The notes beneath the pieces were generated by a model that made no database searches, had not been told where the DNA came from, and saw only the letters and a list, made by a program, of their open reading frames with translations. Positions 26,925 through 41,800 of a DNA stretch of 64,000 nt are shown in pieces. Where the stretch lies: positions 8,556,001 to 8,620,000 of the forward strand of contig JAQFVV010000010.1 in NCBI GenBank assembly GCA_028023455.1, given 5' to 3'. The position numbers and the translations under genes are program-made. Source of the stretch: Epiperipatus broadwayi. Lineage: Eukaryota; Animalia; Onychophora. Position 1 is the stretch's first letter; each line of letters starts with the position of its first letter.

Positions 26925-27535
26925 AATAATATTTATTTAGTATAATTTTTATTATACCACTCTCCCACAAGATAGGAACTGGTTTTTATCAGCTTTTAAT
27001 GCCTTGTGGAGTGATGCAATCATAAATATACAATCAAAGACATGAAAGGATTAGAATCCACAAGATACACATTTCATGCTGAACCAGCACTCATCAGTTG
27101 GCCCAGACTACAATCTCTTACTCATATCTTTATTATTGTTTAAAATATACAGACAGCAAACAACTATAGAGGAAATGATAAATGTCAAACTTGCTGCCCT
27201 CACAACTAATAAAAAATGTTAATATACTATACATCAAGTGGTTTGTATCAAAGTTGTTAGGGCAGCATGTTCGACACATCAATTAAACTGTAGTAGTTTG
27301 CTATCTATTTATATTGTACAATGATAAAGATATCTGTAAGAGATTGTATTCTGGGATAACTAATGAGTGGTAGTTCAAGATGAAATATACATCTTGGGGA
27401 TCATAATCCTTTTCACACATCTTGGATCATATGTTTATGATTACATCTCTCTACAAGGTGTTAAAAGCATAGAAACCAGACCCTATCTTGCATGAGAGTG
27501 GTATAGTGAAAATTACACTACATAACTATTATTCT
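26925..27535. mobile_element. Old F2-related head-to-head palindrome (~300-bp arms)
   Basis: Arms are alignable throughout, e.g. ATACCACTCTC with GAGAGTGGTAT and GCTGCCCT with AGGGCAGC; hammerhead core on the minus strand at ~27070-27100 and a decayed copy on the plus strand at ~27358-27390. Confidence 0.8.
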
Positions 27536-27901
27536 TTATTAAAAAGTTTTAATTTTATAAAAATTACATTTTTAGAGTGCTACATGTGTTGTAGTTATTT
27601 CTTCCAGAAAATAATAAGTAATGTGAAAATAAATTTTCAGTCAAGTTGCAAACAAATTGTATAATTTGTTTCATAAATAAAGATAAAAATTAAGTAATTT
27701 TAAATTATATGATAAAAAAATAAGTGTTTTTTTTTTTTTAATTTAAACAGCTTTTTCAGAGCATTGAATGAGCCATATTTATTTATTTAAAAAAAAAAAA
27801 AATTCACATTACATCTGATAAACAGTAAGTCTCTGCAAGTTAGAGAGTTATAGAAGAACATCCATGGCCAACTACCATTACTGGCATTAACCTATAGCTT
27901 T

Positions 27902-27904
27902 ACA

Positions 27905-27933
<29 letters not shown>
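27902..27933. repeat. (CA)n microsatellite
   Basis: About 16 CA units with one interruption. Confidence 0.95.
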
Positions 27934-27935
<2 letters not shown>

Positions 27936-28898
27936 TACTTTTAAAGAAGTTTTTGCATAATACTTAAACTATTTAAATCAGATAAAAAAATCACTTTACA
28001 TAACTGTGTTGTGGAGTTTTTATAAAACTTCCCTTCAATTCAGATTGAATGAACTATGGAATTTATAAATTAGTTTATCCTAGATAAAACAATATTTCTA
28101 AAAGTTAGCATTACCTCAAAACAAAAAAGAAGTCGACAAGAATAGTAAAAAAATATCAAAACAAAACTTTTAATTTAAGCTTTACTAAGAAATAATTTAT
28201 AATAATTAATTTATATTTAATTAAGAATCACAATGATATTTAATATACAAACATTAAATGGAGATCTAGAGACAAACAGAAAGTTAATTTAGATATTTGT
28301 TTTTGCTATTTAATAATTTATTTAATTATTTTTTTTTTTAATTTTCTGCAAATAGTTTAACTAATTCATTATTTTTATATAAAAATATCAGATTTAATAT
28401 CAGCAGACTATACTAAAATGCACACACACACACACACAAAACAAAAAGTCAAATAAAATTAAATAACATAAAATGAGCATTATGAAAACAATTGAAATAC
28501 TTAGTATTTAGAAAATAAAATTATATTTTTCCAATAACTTGCTCTAATACTGAATGCAAAAGATAAGAAAAAACCCAGTAAAATTCTAAACATAAGATTA
28601 AAAGTTTTGCATCACTATAAACATACAACTTTAAAAGTTGAATGGCATTTATAATTAAGAAGTAAAATATTGATAAATTTATTTTTGTTAGAGGAAAAAT
28701 AAACCCACAATGAAGATGTACAATTCAGCAAAGATAGTGAAAATATTCTAGCAAAAGTTTATCATAATAGCATAAGCTTTTGATATTTAGAATGTAATAC
28801 AAATCTAATCAAAGAGAAGTTAGTAGAAAAAATTATACTTAGAAAATTGACAAGATAAATAATTAAATAAAAGCATGATTACTTTTCTTTTTCTCATG

Positions 28899-29227
28899 TG
28901 TCATAGCATCAGCCAGGAAGTGAACCCGCTAACCCAGGACAACTTATGTGATGTATTTGGCTCTCCTTAAACGAAGTCAAGAATATCTCAGCAATTATGC
29001 CCAGATAAACCTGTTAGCCATTTTATTCTCCATTCCCCACTCTTAAATCTTTCCATATTCTGCCCCATCCCATTTCCACAACATAAACTTTGTCAACTCT
29101 ATGGCCTTTATATCTAAATCCCCCTTATCTCTTCGCAAACCCAACATAAAAACTAATAACTCACTTTCTGTATAGTCAACTGCTCATAAAGCAGCTGGTG
29201 CTGACCTCTCGATCACCAATGCTTGAC
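28899..29227 (-). mobile_element. tRNA-Gly SINE split by a LINE fragment
   Basis: SINE halves at 28899-28944 and 29177-29227 rejoin to the intact 46542-46634 sequence; CAACT is duplicated at 28940-28944 and 29177-29181. Confidence 0.88.
28945..29176 (-). mobile_element. 5'-truncated 3' end of the LINE family at 38847-44010
   Basis: 28977-29175 aligns with 38880-39095. Confidence 0.88.
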
Positions 29228-30167
29228 TGATTACTTTTCTTTGTCAGCCTGATTGTAAAATTTATGATGCTAAATCTAGATTTAGCAAATAATTGGTTTA
29301 AACCCAAGACGGCCACATATAGTATAAATGAAAAAATGATCTTACTCTAACTGAACTGTTAAATATTCAGAGTGTATTTAACTTTGTTTGAACATCAAGT
29401 AACTTCTCAATATATTATACAAAGTATTTAAATGGCTTTAGGGATGAGAAGTTCAAGTGACAGAATCTATCCTAGGACTCCATATTCCAGAGTCTGACAT
29501 TTTTCCAACCAATAAACTACATAATTTTTTAAATATAGCTAAATATGCAGATTCCATATTACTTAAGTATTTTGTTTTCATAATCCATAACAAAATCCAA
29601 AAGAAAGGAAACATCATTAGAAATATCTAAGAATATAAAAATCTATTATATAGCTGAAGAATATGATTCATAACTGTATGGAAGAGTTCTTTACCCCTTA
29701 TTCATCTTTATTAATATAATTTTCATCAATAATGGCAATAATTGAAAAAAAAAAAGAGATGATAGTAATATACTGTTTTAGTTAACATTTAAATAGTTTT
29801 CAAATTAAAATGTAAATATGTACATTAAATTTTTACATTTTGAATTACAAGAGTCAAATTAACTCAACCCATATCTTTGACACAAACCATTTTAGATAAA
29901 TATAGTAATGACTATTCTTAATTATTTCCTAAACTAGAGATTGTCTCTAGCACAGATATAAATTTTAAAACTCAGTTAAAGATTAATATATCTGACTTTT
30001 TAAAATTACACACACAAACACATGGAGTTATTCATATTTGTTTTTCCCACATGTAATATCTTTATAAATACATTAAATAACCTCAATATTACCATATATT
30101 TTTATTGACATTAAATTTTATAAAGATTGATCAGACATCTAGTGCTCATAATCATCATTTAATACAG

Positions 30168-30930
30168 AGAGAAAGAGAAAGTGGAAAAAGAAGGAAAGAG
30201 AAAGTTATAGAGAGATAAAGGAGGGGAGAGAGGGTAAGAAATAGTAAGAGAGAAAAAATGAAATAGAGAAGATTAAAAAAGAGGAAAAAAAGAGAGGAAT
30301 AAATAAAAGAGGAAAAACAGAGAGAAGCAAAAGAAGAAAAAAGAAGGGTAAAAGAGAAAAAAGAGAAGATAGATATTTACTTTGTTACAAAAGTATAGAA
30401 AATTTCATTTAGAGCTCATATATACAACAAAACATGCAAAAATTGCAATGGAAAAGTTAATGAGATTGTGTGCATGTGAGAAAGAGGATAAGAGAAAGAC
30501 AGAAAGAGAGAGAGAGGAAACAGGAAAGTAATAGGGAAAGAGAGAGAAGCAAACAAGAAGGAGAGAGTGGAAAAAAGAGAACAGAGAAAAGGAGAAATAT
30601 TTACTTTATTATAAATGCAACAGAATAATTATATTCATAAGTAAAACAATTGTATGCAAAAATTTGCAAAACAAATTTAGATTAGAGAGAGTGTGAAGGA
30701 GAGACCAAGTAACAGAAAGATATAATGCTAAAGAGAGGATGCAAGAAAAAAGAGGAGAAAAAGAGAGGGGAGATAAGAGAGAGAAATGATAGGGTGAGAA
30801 GGAGAGAGCAAGTAAAAAAAGAGAAGGATAAAGGGGGGATAAAAGAGAAAAACAATGAATGAGGGGAAATAAGAAAAGAGAGAAAAATGAGAAAAGTGGG
30901 GGAGGGGGTTAAGAGAGAAAAAGAGAAAAT
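30168..30930. repeat. Purine-rich (GA) low-complexity tract with three degenerate ATATTTACTTT modules
   Basis: The plus strand is almost only A/G, with related AT modules near 30372, 30597 and 30929. Confidence 0.75.
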
Positions 30931-32649
30931 ATGTCCTTTATGATAAATCTAGCAGAATAGATAACTCCTCATATGTAAAGCAGACACAAACATTTACAGC
31001 AAAAAATAAAGCATCCTAATGCCTTATGCAATTTAGCACAAAGTCAGTGTCATAGATTAATGAATTAAAAATTACCAATTGATTCTTAATTAAGAAGAAT
31101 AAACAAAATATTATTTAATTAACTAAAAAAATGTTTATATTTATCTCATTAGTTTTTATATTAAATAAATTCCAAGCAATATCGCATATGGGCATCAATT
31201 ATTTTTTTTATTATTGTAACAGACTATAAAACAAACAAGAAAAATATTACAAGCTAAACAAAACATCATTGAACATATAACAGGATGGTGTAATGAATAT
31301 TTATTTTTGGAAAGAATTTAAAATTATTAATGAAGATTTTCAACTTAGAAATGTTTATGTATTATTTTGTATTAGATTTTATAAACTTATGATAAGTAAA
31401 CAAATATTAATTCAATATTACAATTGATTTCTACTCTTTGTATATCTCCTTTAACTAATCTGAATTTGTGATAAATCCAAGTTCCGAATTCAAATCTTCA
31501 GTATTAAAGAAATTGGAAATAAATTTATTGGATATGGTGATTGCTCTGTGGATGTAAATAATGCCTTCTAAAATTAAAAAAGACATTAGACTGCACTTGA
31601 ATTATTGATCCATATTAAACTTCTAAAGTTTTAATTTTTTTTAGACATATTTGCACAATTTAATTATGCACATAATCATATACATGCTATATAATGTTAA
31701 GATGAAATTCTCCACAGAAATAATGAAGACAGCAGCCTAGCCACAATAGATGGTGAGAAGTTGTATTATCTAATATTAGTTAGATTTTAATTTTTCAACT
31801 AATAATTGAATAATTCTGGGATACCTATTTCTAAAACAAAAAAGTTCTAAACTTAAAATAGACTGATTTATCTGAAGTTAAATTTCAGATCATAATCATG
31901 AGAAAAGAATACATACACATGATATTTTCCATATATATATATATCATACAAGGTAATATTTAGATTTATCCAGCAGCAAATATGGAAAGCCTTAGGCAGA
32001 TTTCAGAAAAGTACTATGAATATTTGGATATACTTACTTAGATTATTACATTTATGAAAAAAAATATCTATAAAATATATTTGTACTTTTATAATTTCTA
32101 CACTTTGAATTATGAGGTCCAAATTCCCTTCACACACATCTTTAACACAATTCACTTTAAAGAAATATATCTATGATAATTATTAATCTTTTATTAGGCT
32201 AGAGATTTTCATATTATTTCTATCTCGAATATAATTTTAAATTCAGTTAAAAATCAACATATATATATACATACACATGGTTTTTTATAACTATATATTT
32301 TTCTGTTTTCACAGAGAAAATTTAAATAGTGCTGAAAAATAAATAAAAAATAACTTACTTATTCTAAAACATTCTGGTGTAAAAGAAATATCATCAATTC
32401 CATATTGGACTCTCACTGATGACATTTTCTTTACAACAAACTCCAGATGAAAACTATAAATAGATAAAAAAAACACTTGATTATTCTTCAGTTGATAAAA
32501 ATTTGGAAGTAAATAAATAATTATTTAAAAACATAAAATTTTTATTAAATACATTGCATGTACATATAAACAGTAACTCACGAACGAGTATAGTCATTCC
32601 AATAAGGGGGGGGGGAGCTGTTCTAGAAATGAATTTCATTTGCAATGAC

Positions 32650-33800
32650 TATATAAAAATCACATGTAGATTATGCTAGTAAATTATTCAGTTTATTGGA
32701 TACATTGAAATGCTGTCTTTTAATTTCTTCAGCAGAAAACTCTTCTTTCTGAAATATTTTAAGACCATGCCTAATTGCAGCTCTCAAATTTACTTTATTC
32801 TTTACCACATCTTCCCAATATTGCACTTCTTTAGAATGACTGTGAGGTAATTCTCATAATGTAGACAAGATCTATTTCTCCCACAAAAACTATGCTCAAC
32901 TTTATCATAAAATATATATTTAGGAAGTCTTGCATTGTTCAGTCATATTTATATGTTTAATTCAATGAAAGCATGGTTTTTACAGTAATGGATTCAATAG
33001 AATGAAAGGGAAAATTCAAGGACATATTTATTGGCTTTATGCTCTTACTAATGTATTTTTAAAAGTTTACAGAGCATTATTAAACTTTTCTAATGCCTTT
33101 AAAGTGTTGATGACTTACTTCCATACAATAAGTTAGTTAAAATAACAGCTTCATAAATCCTTAATTTAGTTATAGTAATTATTTTCCTGTAATAAAATAC
33201 TCTAATAAACTAATTAAAAACTGTAACAACACATTGGAATCTGTGTTGTACCTCAATATCTAAGTCCCTCTTTCTTAATTATACATTTACTATAAGATTT
33301 TGAAAGTTGTTAAAATTTTCAAGTTGATGACCATCCAAGTTTTGAACTTTTTTTCCATGCTAATAAAAAATTTGGGTTTTTGAACATTAACTATCAAATC
33401 AAGGTCTTTAAAGATTGCACTTAAAATATTAGGTACATTCTGTAAATTATCATCTGAACTAGAAAAAATAATTTAATTATCAGCATACGGTAAATACAGA
33501 ATTCAAGAAGGTGAAGTTCTTGTATCTCCTTTAATCAATTCAAATTAAAAATTTCATTATCAAATTGATATTGCAGTTTGAACCCAGTTTCATTAACCCT
33601 TCTACACATAGTTGCAAAAACAATTGTCATAAAAATTCAAAATAATACTCAAGAGAATACATATCCATGTATAACACCAGTTATTTCAGACAGAATATAT
33701 TAAGATAACTACTAACTCTAATTAATCAAAGATTATTATGTAAGATTAAATACACAAGACTGTGTTAAAAAGATGGGATGTAATGACAAAGTACGACAAA
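32650..33800 (-). mobile_element. Decayed RTE-clade LINE RT region
   Basis: Minus strand: TGVIHGYVFS (GV.QGCVL.P), FKLQYQFDNEIFNLN (YR.DG.LFNL), YADN (YADD), NARLPKYIFY and WEDVVKNKVNLRAAIRHGLKIF. Confidence 0.75.
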
Positions 33801-34689
33801 TAATGTGTTAGATTAGATTATTGTAGAATGAGTGTGTGTACCATTGCTCATAACTGCAATATTTGATTCCAAACCCTGTCTTAAACAGAAATAATTTTCT
33901 GTCTTTTTAACACACACACATATATACACACGTATAAATTAAATACTTTTCTAACACATAGTTGAATGTTTAAATATCACACACATATACAGGAAAATGT
34001 ATATATGTAAATTTATGTTGAAAGTTGTAACATACGCATATAAAGGGTGTATATGTACTATATGGATAACATTAAACAAGTAATTAAATGCCATTATTAA
34101 AATTACTTCATAATTTTTTACGTTTCTAATATTTTATGTACTACTTTTTTGGCATTGGATGTTTGAGTTTGAGTTAAGAAAAAATATGTAATAAAAAAAA
34201 GTAAAGAAATAAAAAATAAACATTTCTTAAAAGTTGAGAGAGTTTAGGAAAGTCTGAAGTATCCTATAAAATTGGTTTATCAAAAAATGAAAGCCTTTCT
34301 CTTATAAGAAAAAAATTATTAACTCTTGCTTCAAGTAATTGCAAGATATCATGGCGCTGAAAAAAATAAATAAAATTGTCCTACCAAAGTAAACTATTGA
34401 CACATTGAATAACTCTTTCACAACATGTTTTCACAATCTTTTCTTTACTTCTGAACAAATCTAATTATGTATGTGACATAATAAAATAGCATATTTATAA
34501 AAAAAATAATTTTTTTAGCATGTTTGAAAAACTTATTAAGACTTGAGTAGAAAAGATCATCCATATTTGATAAAATAAAATCAAACTTAGACTAAGTAGA
34601 TTCCAGGTTGGAAAAACTTATCAGTGCTTGTTCTGACAGATTTTCAACAATAAATTTAAGCTGATTTGGATTCAACATTACTTCAAAAC

Positions 34690-35130
34690 TTTTTATATCC
34701 TTCTTTTATCAAAAATAAATACATGTGAAAAACTTTAACCTTGGTGCATTATATCAATCTTTAAAAGAAATATAAACAGAATATAGAGAAAGAGAAATAC
34801 AAGAATTCATAGAATATAATAAAATTGAAATTTTATATTTGGAATGCTGGAACCTTATCTCCACAATAAGATATATTAGTTTTCTAGAAGACCAGTTTTA
34901 AACAGATTTGAGAAGCTGAAAAATTTTGTTCCTGATTTTTTAACAGAGAGAAACAAATACTCTTTTACTTGACAATAATAAACTAATTTTTAATTGATGT
35001 AACACCTGGCAGTGATAAAATTTGAAGTTGCAAGACAAGAACAACAAGAACAAATTGCTTTCTAATCCAAAATGATATCAGGGTAATACAGGTGAAATTA
35101 AAACTGTTTCTCACTTAAAAATTAAAGAGT
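34690..35130 (+). mobile_element. Decayed hAT (Charlie/GTF2IRD2-like) transposase fragment
   Basis: Broken frames RPVLNRFEKLKNF, LIDVT and NLKLQDKN resemble hAT SRG.VL.RF..L...LAFL.DIT..LN.LN.KLQGKN. Confidence 0.55.
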
Positions 35131-35519
35131 GACTGACTTGGTTTCTGTATGTAAAAAATCAAAGTGAATATTTTGAAAAAAATTTTAATTTTACAAAATA
35201 TATTTACATAATAGGTTGTTGCAAGAGTTAATTAAATATCACTTTCATGATTTATTTAAGAAAAATGCATACACATTTTTATAAATTTTATTCAGTAAAT
35301 AAAAAGAAATTATATGGATGCCGAGTAGCATAAAAATGAAACTTATTGAAGTCATAACCCAGATTCATTATTGAAATTTGATGAATATTGAAGATGACTA
35401 ATTTCAGGTGATTAACATTTTTTAATCCCAAAACTAAGAAACTTTCCTAGAATATACTGATATTAAATGGCTGTGCATCATAATCCCTATCATAAAGATA
35501 CCAAAAAAAAAAAAAACTT

Positions 35520-36230
35520 GAATATAATTAAAAACAATATGTTTTTCAGTTTGGGAAGGTAGTTTTATAGTTAAAAAAAGTAGAAAGTGTATTTGATCCA
35601 AAGATTCAGGTACACTGCTCCTAGATCCAAAATTACTTGATTATGAACATCAGTCTCAGGATATTGTATGGGAAAGTAGGAAATATGGATTATGAGGCAC
35701 AATTGATTACTAAAGTGAACACTAGATGGCATTGTTGTGATACAATTATTTTAACGGGTTTCTCTGGGCGTAATTGTTGAAAGATTCTTGATTCCATTTA
35801 AGAAGACTACAATACATCACATCACATTACTACTGTTTTAATGGCTTGTTTGAGCATAAAAAAGATGATCATGTGATATTTTAATGATTTAACATCAATC
35901 ATAGCTAAGGAATAAAAATGATTATTAAAAACAGGACACCAAAATATATAGATACTGAACGGATATCAGATCTGTGTGATTAATTGAATTAGCTTGGATT
36001 AAAAACATCTGCACTTTTTTTCAGTTTGGGCTGATAGCTTTATGTTAAGCAAAAGATAAAAAGTGGGAACTGAAGAAGGAATGCATTAAATCCAAAGATC
36101 CAGGTATATTCCTACCAAATCCAAGTGTCCTTACTAGTGAAAGCTATAAAGTAGAAATTAGTCTGGAAATATTGAATAGGGATTATGATACACAACCATC
36201 TAGCAGTTATTGGTTGCCAAAGCTTACACA
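35520..36230 (+). mobile_element. Old head-to-tail tandem of family F1 (~1.5 monomers, period ~475)
   Basis: CAGTTTGGG at 35547 and 36022; F1 landmarks ATCCAAAGATCCAGGT, GATCATGTGAT and a decayed core CTAGTGA..GAAATTAGTCTGG. Confidence 0.65.
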
Positions 36231-37368
36231 AAGTTAAATTATTGATGGAGGGGGGGGGATTGCTACTATTTTAATAATTATTTTATTTAATAATTAAGAC
36301 TAAATATATTCAAGCTTTTTAAAATAACTATCTATTCTTTTTCTTCATGAATGGCTGGTATTGTAGTTATGAATAAGAAAGCTATTAAAAATAAGATGTG
36401 GGAAATTCAGTTGCAAGAAATGTAACTGATTGAAGTTGTTTGTTATAATTAGAGAGACTCCAAATTGATATATTACTTTAAAAATAAAATGTTTTGGAGA
36501 TGCAATTATTTTTAACAAGTAAACTGTTGATTAAAAATTGACTAATAAAGTTACCCAAAGAATATATAAATTGATCTCCTATGTATTAAATGTTTTGCAA
36601 ATGAAAGAATATTGTAAATTGATTATACAGGAGGTATTATAAACTTCAATGCTCTCATGAACAACATACCCTATAAAAATAAATTATTGAGATCAGATTC
36701 AATCTTTTACATAAGTTGAGGAATTTATAGTTCTATCATGACATCTGATTGGCTGTTGGATAGATATTTTAAGGAGTGCAGTGAGATTTGACAGTATCTC
36801 AATTTATTTCAGTCTTCTTGTATGTAAATGTGCTCATAATGTATGAAATCTGCTTTTTGAATTAGATGAAATACAAAAATTTGTCTAACATGGATAATGT
36901 AAGAGAAATTACTGTTTTTCTGGAATAAAGTTTAAAACTGAACTCAAAATTATTTATATAAAAATAATTTTTGTTTACCATTGGTGATAGAAAATTTTAT
37001 AACTATAGAACTGCGAACAAAGTGAGTAGAGAATTTTAAAACATTTGATCATCAGTGTGTGTAGGTGTATGCTTAATTTTGTAATTTATGACTATTAGAA
37101 TGTTTTTAAATGTAAATTAAATTATCAGCAATGATGAAAAAGAATAATACTTGAAACTTTAATAATTCTATAGACAATGATTAAAAAACTTTTGATGGGT
37201 GTGGTAAAAGAAATTAAATTGAATTACTTAATAATATGCACATAAAAGTTATATTTTGTCCTCAGTAGAATAGTGGATGAAAGGATATTTCAAGCATGTA
37301 TGCATAATTGAAAGTATCTTCAGTGTAAGATATTGATATAATATGTATTATGTGGGATTTCTTTAATA

Positions 37369-37478
37369 TTGGATGAGTAGGCATTAGATAGGGATTTTAT
37401 GCACAAGTCTTCTGGCATTCATTGATTATTCTGGTTGGCACAGGGTGGCACTACTGTATGGAGAGTTTTGCTTTGTTT
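37369..37478 (+). mobile_element. Family F1 short fragment starting just 3' of the ribozyme
   Basis: Matches 7472-7585; 12-bp TSD ATTTCTTTAATA at 37357-37368 and 37479-37490. Confidence 0.88.
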
Positions 37479-37599
37479 ATTTCTTTAATAACTTAATAAA
37501 TTATGTGATTTTGATATTTTATAAAAATTAACATCAACGTTAGAGAATAGTAAATTTTTATTTAATTATTTGAGCTGTTAAGTGATTTAGTTGTATTTT

Positions 37600-37745
37600 T
37601 ATATTGGACTATGAGCATTACTTTAAAATTCAATAATCAAGAATCTAAGAATCCAGATTCTAATCCCATGCTAGTACTGTCACTGGTCAGGCCTGCAATA
37701 CCTGAAGAAGAGGGGAGACTAATACCTCTCAAAATGTTGTGCATA
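37600..37745 (+). mobile_element. Possible decayed tRNA-like head plus hammerhead-like motif
   Basis: B-box-like GATTCTAATCCC near 37655; CTGAAGA at 37702, then AGAGG...CCTCT and CAAAATG (possibly decayed CGAAACG). Confidence 0.3.
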
Positions 37746-38899
37746 TGATATGCTATTACTAACAGTTGAATGTATTTGGAATATTTATCTAAAATTAATT
37801 TTTTCTAGAGGCATTCAATTCACATATTATATGATACAAATAGTGCAGTATAAAAATACAACTAGATCACCATCATCGCAAACCCTCAGAAAAATACTGT
37901 AAATGATTTATTTTTATTTTTTTGAGATCACTATTAATTAATAAATGAATATTTATAATATCATTATTAATTTGGTCTTTAGTTACACAGGATTATTGGA
38001 CAGCATTAACATTGGTAATTTAGTGCTCAAGTTAATTAACACTGCATTTAGATTCTTAACTTCAAATCATTTTAATTCATGTTAAAAATTTAAAAAGTTT
38101 TTTTTTTTTTACTTTTGCTAATATAGACTTGTGGAATGTTAATAAAAATTTATACTAATACTACCAATTAATTAACTTTGTAAAGAAAGTTTCTTTTCAT
38201 AAGTTTTTAAAATAATGGGTAAGCATTGAGGTGGAGCCTGTGTGACAGACACCTCTTATTTACCAAGGCTACATCATAAAAAAATAATTTTTTGTTTTTA
38301 TAATTAGTGTATGAAAAATATATAGTTATATGTCACTTCTTGGGAGTGCATATAGTTAATCTAGGATTGATATTCTTTAATATTAATTTGATACCCATTT
38401 ACTGATTGACTATGGTTGAGTATTTGAAAAAAAATCTAGACATTTCTGTGACTTGAAACAATTTTCAATGTTTATGTTATTTAGACTTCAAATAATGGAT
38501 ATAAAAGTGAAAGCAACATTATCTAGCATTTTAAATTTTTGGTTTCAATAAGGCCATATTTTTCAAAAAGAAAATATATTTAAATGCACTCACAAAAAAT
38601 AATAGTTTAGAATAAAGGCTAAAGAAGATGTTATTCAACTTGTCCAAATACAATAATTATCACAATTATATGTAATCTTTTATTAAAATATTTATATTGT
38701 TGTCTATTAAAATTAAAAATAATCAATCAAAAATAAAATTGAAATAGGTATCTCACTATAAATAAAAATATTATTTAATACACTAATCCAATTTTCATTC
38801 TTTAAGAGAACCATTTCAAGATGTTTTCTTTCACACAATCACATGAGATGAGATACACTATGACTTCACCTTCTTTGGAATCAAGAATCTCTCAGCTAC

Positions 38900-41800
38900 C
38901 ATGCCCAAAGAAACCTGTTAGCCACTTTACCTTCCCTTTCCATTCCCCAACTAAGTTATTACCATATTCTTCTTTATCCTGCTCCATCCCATTTCCACAA
39001 TATAATCTTTGTCAACTCCATGACCTTTATATCTAAGACTCCATTATCTTTTTATAAACCCAACATAAAATCCAAGAACCCACTTTCTCTATAATCACTT
39101 TGTTTATATTATTCTTCCACAACTTCATTATTTGTACCATTTCTGCTTGCAGAAATTTTCAATTAAGAGATGCCTAATATTTTCTATGTCTTCCATTACA
39201 TAACTTGCAGACTAAATCACCCATATTTTTTCATTTATGTGTATATTCCCTTATTGCTAAGGATCTTGTTTGAGGCTTAAACAGTAAACTACTTTCCTTG
39301 CTATCATTATAAATTAACTTGTGCCCAATATTATCTTTACTTCTATATATATTTAAACTCTTTTTATTCTTCATACCAGTTCTCCATATCTCCAACTCCC
39401 TATTCTTTATTAATGCATTTATTTGTCTATCCCATTCCTTGCTACTATAACACTCAACAATTTTCCTAACACAATCATCCTACATTTTGTATAAGTATAC
39501 TGATATAAATTCTTTATCCAAATCTTCTGCATATCATACTACTTTCTCACCCATCTTGTTGGCTCACCTTTACTCATAATTCAATTAAGTACTATTTTGG
39601 ATATTCTCTTATTATCCATAAACTGCAATCTACTGAACATTTTTATTTTGCTTTTTGCATCTGTCATATAAAAACTTGACCATCCCATTTCTTCTTGAAT
39701 TGCCTCCTTTGTCATCCACACACCTGCATCTAATGCATGTCTTCCTACTTGTTCTCATACTTTTTCTAAGTAATCTAACACCCCTCTACTAACACAAAAT
39801 GCAGCCATATACTGCCACTTCCTTTCATACAATTCTAGCTACATCATATTTATTATTTTAAAACACTATCAATTTCTTTATCATTCCCTTTTCTTTTCTT
39901 CATTTATCATTTTTTTCTCCCACTCATCCATGCAATTTCTCTGATTACTTAAGATGATTCCTAAACAGTTATACCTGTTCATCACACTTCACTTTATATC
40001 CCCCAATAAAAATTATTTGTCTTCTCTTTCCTCAGTATTAATCATCATTACTTTTGATTTTTCTTCATTAAATGTAATTCTCAACTTTTTACATACCCTT
40101 GCACATATCCTCAGCATAATTTCCATATATTATCTTCTTTCTGTACACAAGAAAACATCATCTGCAAATAAAAGACCAGATGATGAATATATTCCCTTGC
40201 CATTTATTAATGATATCTCTATTCCTCTTCCTAGTCTTTCTATTGCTCTCTCCCTTTCTCTCAAATACAACAAAAATAAAATAGATGACATAGGGCATAC
40301 TTGCCTTAGTCCCACCCCATTTTTAACTTTAACTGATTCTATACTCATAAATTGATACATTAGTAATTATTTTCATACAATCTCTTAATAAGATCTAAAG
40401 CTCTATCCATTCCAAATTTACTAAACTTATCCATAATTTATTTCTATTTACTCTATCATATACCTTCTCTCTCTCTATAAAAATCATATACAACTGTCTA
40501 CTTGTAATTACTCATGTGTAATTACAAATAAACTACCACCTATATGCCTATCTGATCAAAAACTTCCTTGCATCACTCTCACTATATTATTTTCCTCCAT
40601 CCATTTTGTGATCCTTCCAGCCACCATAAATGTGAAAACTTTATATAACACTGACGTTATGCCACTATCGGTCTATAATTACTTAAATTTCTATGATCCC
40701 TACACTTTTCTTTAAATAGTAACCATACTCTTGTATTACTACAATTATCTGGAAAATTTCTTTTCTGTGTCATCTTATTAAAACATGATAATAAGTTTAA
40801 TTTTGCCCTATGTCCTAAATTCATCACTATCTCTACTGCCCATTCATCTAAACCTCTTGCCTTTCCACTTTTCAATTTCTTCTTTGCCTCAAATCTAATA
40901 TTTACATTACTATATGCTTTTATAATCACATTCATATCGGCTTTTTCAAACCAAATTGTGCAAACGCTTTTTGCGAGTGTTAAATAATAAATGAATACCC
41001 TCTGACCCATACAAGATATAGAATTTATGCAGCAATAAAAGGAATCTTTTATATATCCATTATACACTTATTTAAGATTGTCTCTAATTCATCTCTACAG
41101 TTACATTCTATTTCCTCATCACCTCATAATATTATTTTTCTCTCCCCAACATTTCTTCTTTTAATATATTTCCAATTTTTTTTACTCCCATCTCTACCAC
41201 TTCTATTAATATCTCCAACAATTTACCATTTAATTTAATTCTCTCTCTATACTTATGTATTTTGGCCAACTTATTTCTCTTTAAATACTTTTCCCATTTA
41301 ATATTAACATCTTTTTTACTTTCTTTGTTCTTAAGGCATATTTATATTCTCTGCATATTTTTTCTCTCTCTTGTACACTTTTACTAACTTTCCTATTACT
41401 TTTATTCTTCTGAATATTCTCATATAAAACCATATTTGCCATATTTTTTACTTCACTACATCAGATTTTATATTCATCCCCAAGCAACTCTTCCATGGTT
41501 TCATCAACTTTTATTTTATATTCTTCTAACTTATTCTTATCATTCATTCTCCTTCCATATCTTTTAATATCCTTTCTACTTTTAATATTATTTTCCATCA
41601 TATTACCTAACCATTTCTATTACAAAGAAATTATGATCACTACTACATATTCTCTCTTCATTACCAAACACTTAATTTTCAATACTTTATTCATTCCCTC
41701 TTTCTCTGTTAATACACAATCTATTATGTGAAATATATTATTTCTAAACCAAGTGTATTATCCTCATAAATATTTGATAAATTTCCAATTCTTAAATTCA

